Shown one piece after another: positions 62,494-64,000 of a stretch of DNA of 64,000 bases. The position numbers and the translations under genes are program-made. The notes beneath the pieces are model-generated. The model did no database searches. It had not been told where the DNA came from and saw only the letters and a program-made list of their open reading frames with translations. The first letter of the stretch is position 1; each line of letters begins with the position of its first letter. This stretch comes from Pyrodictiaceae archaeon (GTDB lineage Archaea; Thermoproteota; Thermoprotei_A; Sulfolobales; Pyrodictiaceae): contig JALVSY010000030.1 of the NCBI GenBank assembly GCA_027036135.1, positions 192,001 to 256,000 on the forward strand, read 5' to 3'.

Positions 62494-62531
62494 ATTGGGC
62501 CCTTCTAGCGCCTCTTATACTTCCCCTTATT

Positions 62532-63038
62532 TTACCAAGGTACGGGTTTTAGTCTAAGCTTATGCGCAGCGGTATTAGTAGCCCTGTGCAACGCCATAAC
62601 TACTGGCGCGAAGCCTAGTATAACCCATGGATTAAGCACCAAGTGAGCAGAGTACAGCATATAGAGAGCACCGGAGTAGAAGTCTAGCTGGTCTAGAACC
62701 GGAGCTGGCGCCCCTCTCTCAAGCCCTATTCTTCTCTTGATAAAGGCTCCAAGCATGTCACCCAAGAGAGCGCCAAGCGCAGCTAATACCCCTCCATAGA
62801 ATATTATAGGAGAGCATGTAAGTGCAGCTAGGAATAGGGCTACAGTAGAGCCGTATAGGAATCCTATGATTAGCCCCTCCCAGGTCTTTCCCGGGCCCAG
62901 TAAGGGACGCCCATCCCGCAGCACTAGGCCCCTGTCTATCGGTGTGCCCTTGTACCGTAACAGTACTGGTGCGCCATTGGCAGCGAGCGCAGGCAATAAT
63001 ACCAGTATAGTGTTTAGAGGGTTCAGCAGGTAAGCCAT
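62532..63038 (-). CDS. carS: CDP-archaeol synthase
   Basis: PA..AN..PV, PID.G, GKTWEG, GD..GAFIKRR, LDQLDF and K.VPW. Confidence 0.95.
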   Translation of the reverse strand: MAYLLNPLNTILVLLPALAANGAPVLLRYKGTPIDRGLVLRDGRPLLGPGKTWEGLIIGFLYGSTVALFLAALTCSPIIFYGGVLAALGALLGDMLGAFIKRRIGLERGAPAPVLDQLDFYSGALYMLYSAHLVLNPWVILGFAPVVMALHRATNTAAHKLRLKPVPW

Positions 63039-63619
63039 TCTATCCCCCTTGCTGTAATCCGAAACAAAGCTTCATAGCTTAGAGGGTGCTCTACTACCAG
63101 TCTCCTAGCTCCCTGTTCCTTTGCCTGCTCTATCCTAGCGATGCTGTGTGCCCAGAAATATATAGCGTTCTCCATAAGCGGGCGGGGCCTCTTAGTCTCA
63201 GGGTCGATATGTGTATCACTTATCAGGATAACAGGGATACCAAGAGAATCGCTAAGAGATCTTAGGGCAGCAATTGCGAAGAGTGTAGCATTAAAGGCTA
63301 TCCCTCCTTCGCGGGCAAAGGCTGTAATGGGGTCAACGACTATTAGATCTAGTTCATAATAATTGGTTTTCAACAATACATCAACGAGATCAAGGTAATC
63401 AATTATTTCTCGAAGCTTAACGCCTGCTAGCCTAATCCCTATGTTTTTCATTCTCTCAATGATAGGTGTAAGTGTTGTCCCTACATATAAGCAGGAGGAC
63501 AAACAATAATGTCTTACAAACTCAAGAGCAATATTCGTCTTACCAGTACCCGGCTCGCCATAAATAGCTAGAATCGTTGGCCACTTTATTGCATCCAGGA
63601 ATTCCTTGCAGAGAGCCAC
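63023..63619 (-). CDS. RadB/RadA-paralogue RecA-family ATPase
   Basis: IYGEPGTGKTN, LIVVD and a C-terminal FRITARGIE. Confidence 0.75.
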   Translation of the reverse strand: MALCKEFLDAIKWPTILAIYGEPGTGKTNIALEFVRHYCLSSCLYVGTTLTPIIERMKNIGIRLAGVKLREIIDYLDLVDVLLKTNYYELDLIVVDPITAFAREGGIAFNATLFAIAALRSLSDSLGIPVILISDTHIDPETKRPRPLMENAIYFWAHSIARIEQAKEQGARRLVVEHPLSYEALFRITARGIEWLTC

Positions 63620-63670
63620 TTATCCTCCCCTGCTATTTACTAGCTCTATTAATGGGGAACGAGACAGCCA

Positions 63671-64000
63671 ATGCCGCTAAGGGTTATCGCCTGGATTAAT
63701 GATACAGAGCTTGCTCATAAATTTCTAGAGCTAGCCAGAATACTAGGTATTAGAGCAGAGATACCCCGCCTACCTATATCTACCTGCCAAAACTCTAGCT
63801 CCCTGGTTGTCACAGACGATGCAGAGATAGCTGCAAAAATAGATGGGAAGTGCAAGGTGCTTCTCCTAAGAGCTAAGGATACACTATCAAACTTAATCAC
63901 AGTGGTCTCAGAACTTGCCGGGACTCCGTCGGAGATCGTCGTCGGGGTAGACTTGGGGAAAGAGAAACTCGCCTACGTAGTAATAGTTGCTGGAATCGTA
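63671..64000 (+). CDS. Partial ORF with RNase H-fold-like motif (runs off the window)
   Basis: ATG 63671 is open to the window end and contains IVVGVDLG..LAYVV. Confidence 0.55.
   Translation, partial: MPLRVIAWINDTELAHKFLELARILGIRAEIPRLPISTCQNSSSLVVTDDAEIAAKIDGKCKVLLLRAKDTLSNLITVVSELAGTPSEIVVGVDLGKEKLAYVVIVAGIV

Overview
This is a 64-kb stretch of a hyperthermophilic crenarchaeal chromosome. The very GC-rich 16S/23S genes and the gene repertoire suggest Desulfurococcales, probably Pyrodictiaceae-like (inference, no database search was run). Most of it is housekeeping: two PCNA paralogues, lipid genes, CCA enzyme, Tsr3, TiaS, a MoxR/DUF58 operon, RNase P RNA, an intron-free 16S-23S operon with processing stems, GAPOR, and the conserved aIF5A-SRP54-Pus10-L21e...TFS-PCNA-PriS-GINS-L44e-S27e-aIF2a-Nop10 superoperon. 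Four tRNAs are present (Leu-TAG, Ala-TGC, His-GTG, Asp-GTC). The main accessory feature is an 8.2-kb element integrated in tRNA-Asp, bounded by 46-bp direct repeats at 36365-36410 and 44591-44636. It encodes an HTH-bearing integrase with the SSV1-type catalytic signature, a divergent regulator pair, a Cys-rich wHTH protein, a solo Cas4-like nuclease, an MCM-like ATPase with altered Walker motifs, a single-chain PriS-PriL(Fe-S) primase and membrane cargo. Six RTGCAAC motifs lie just inside its ends and would bracket attP like arm sites. Reading intergenic DNA also gave seven box C/D sRNA candidates whose guides match the rRNAs in this window (four packed in one 280-bp cluster), three unexplained structured-RNA candidates (one with a SAM-riboswitch-like core), an orphan degenerate Csx1-like CARF protein, a frameshifted PH-domain gene and a small unannotated membrane ORF. 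No CRISPR array was seen.
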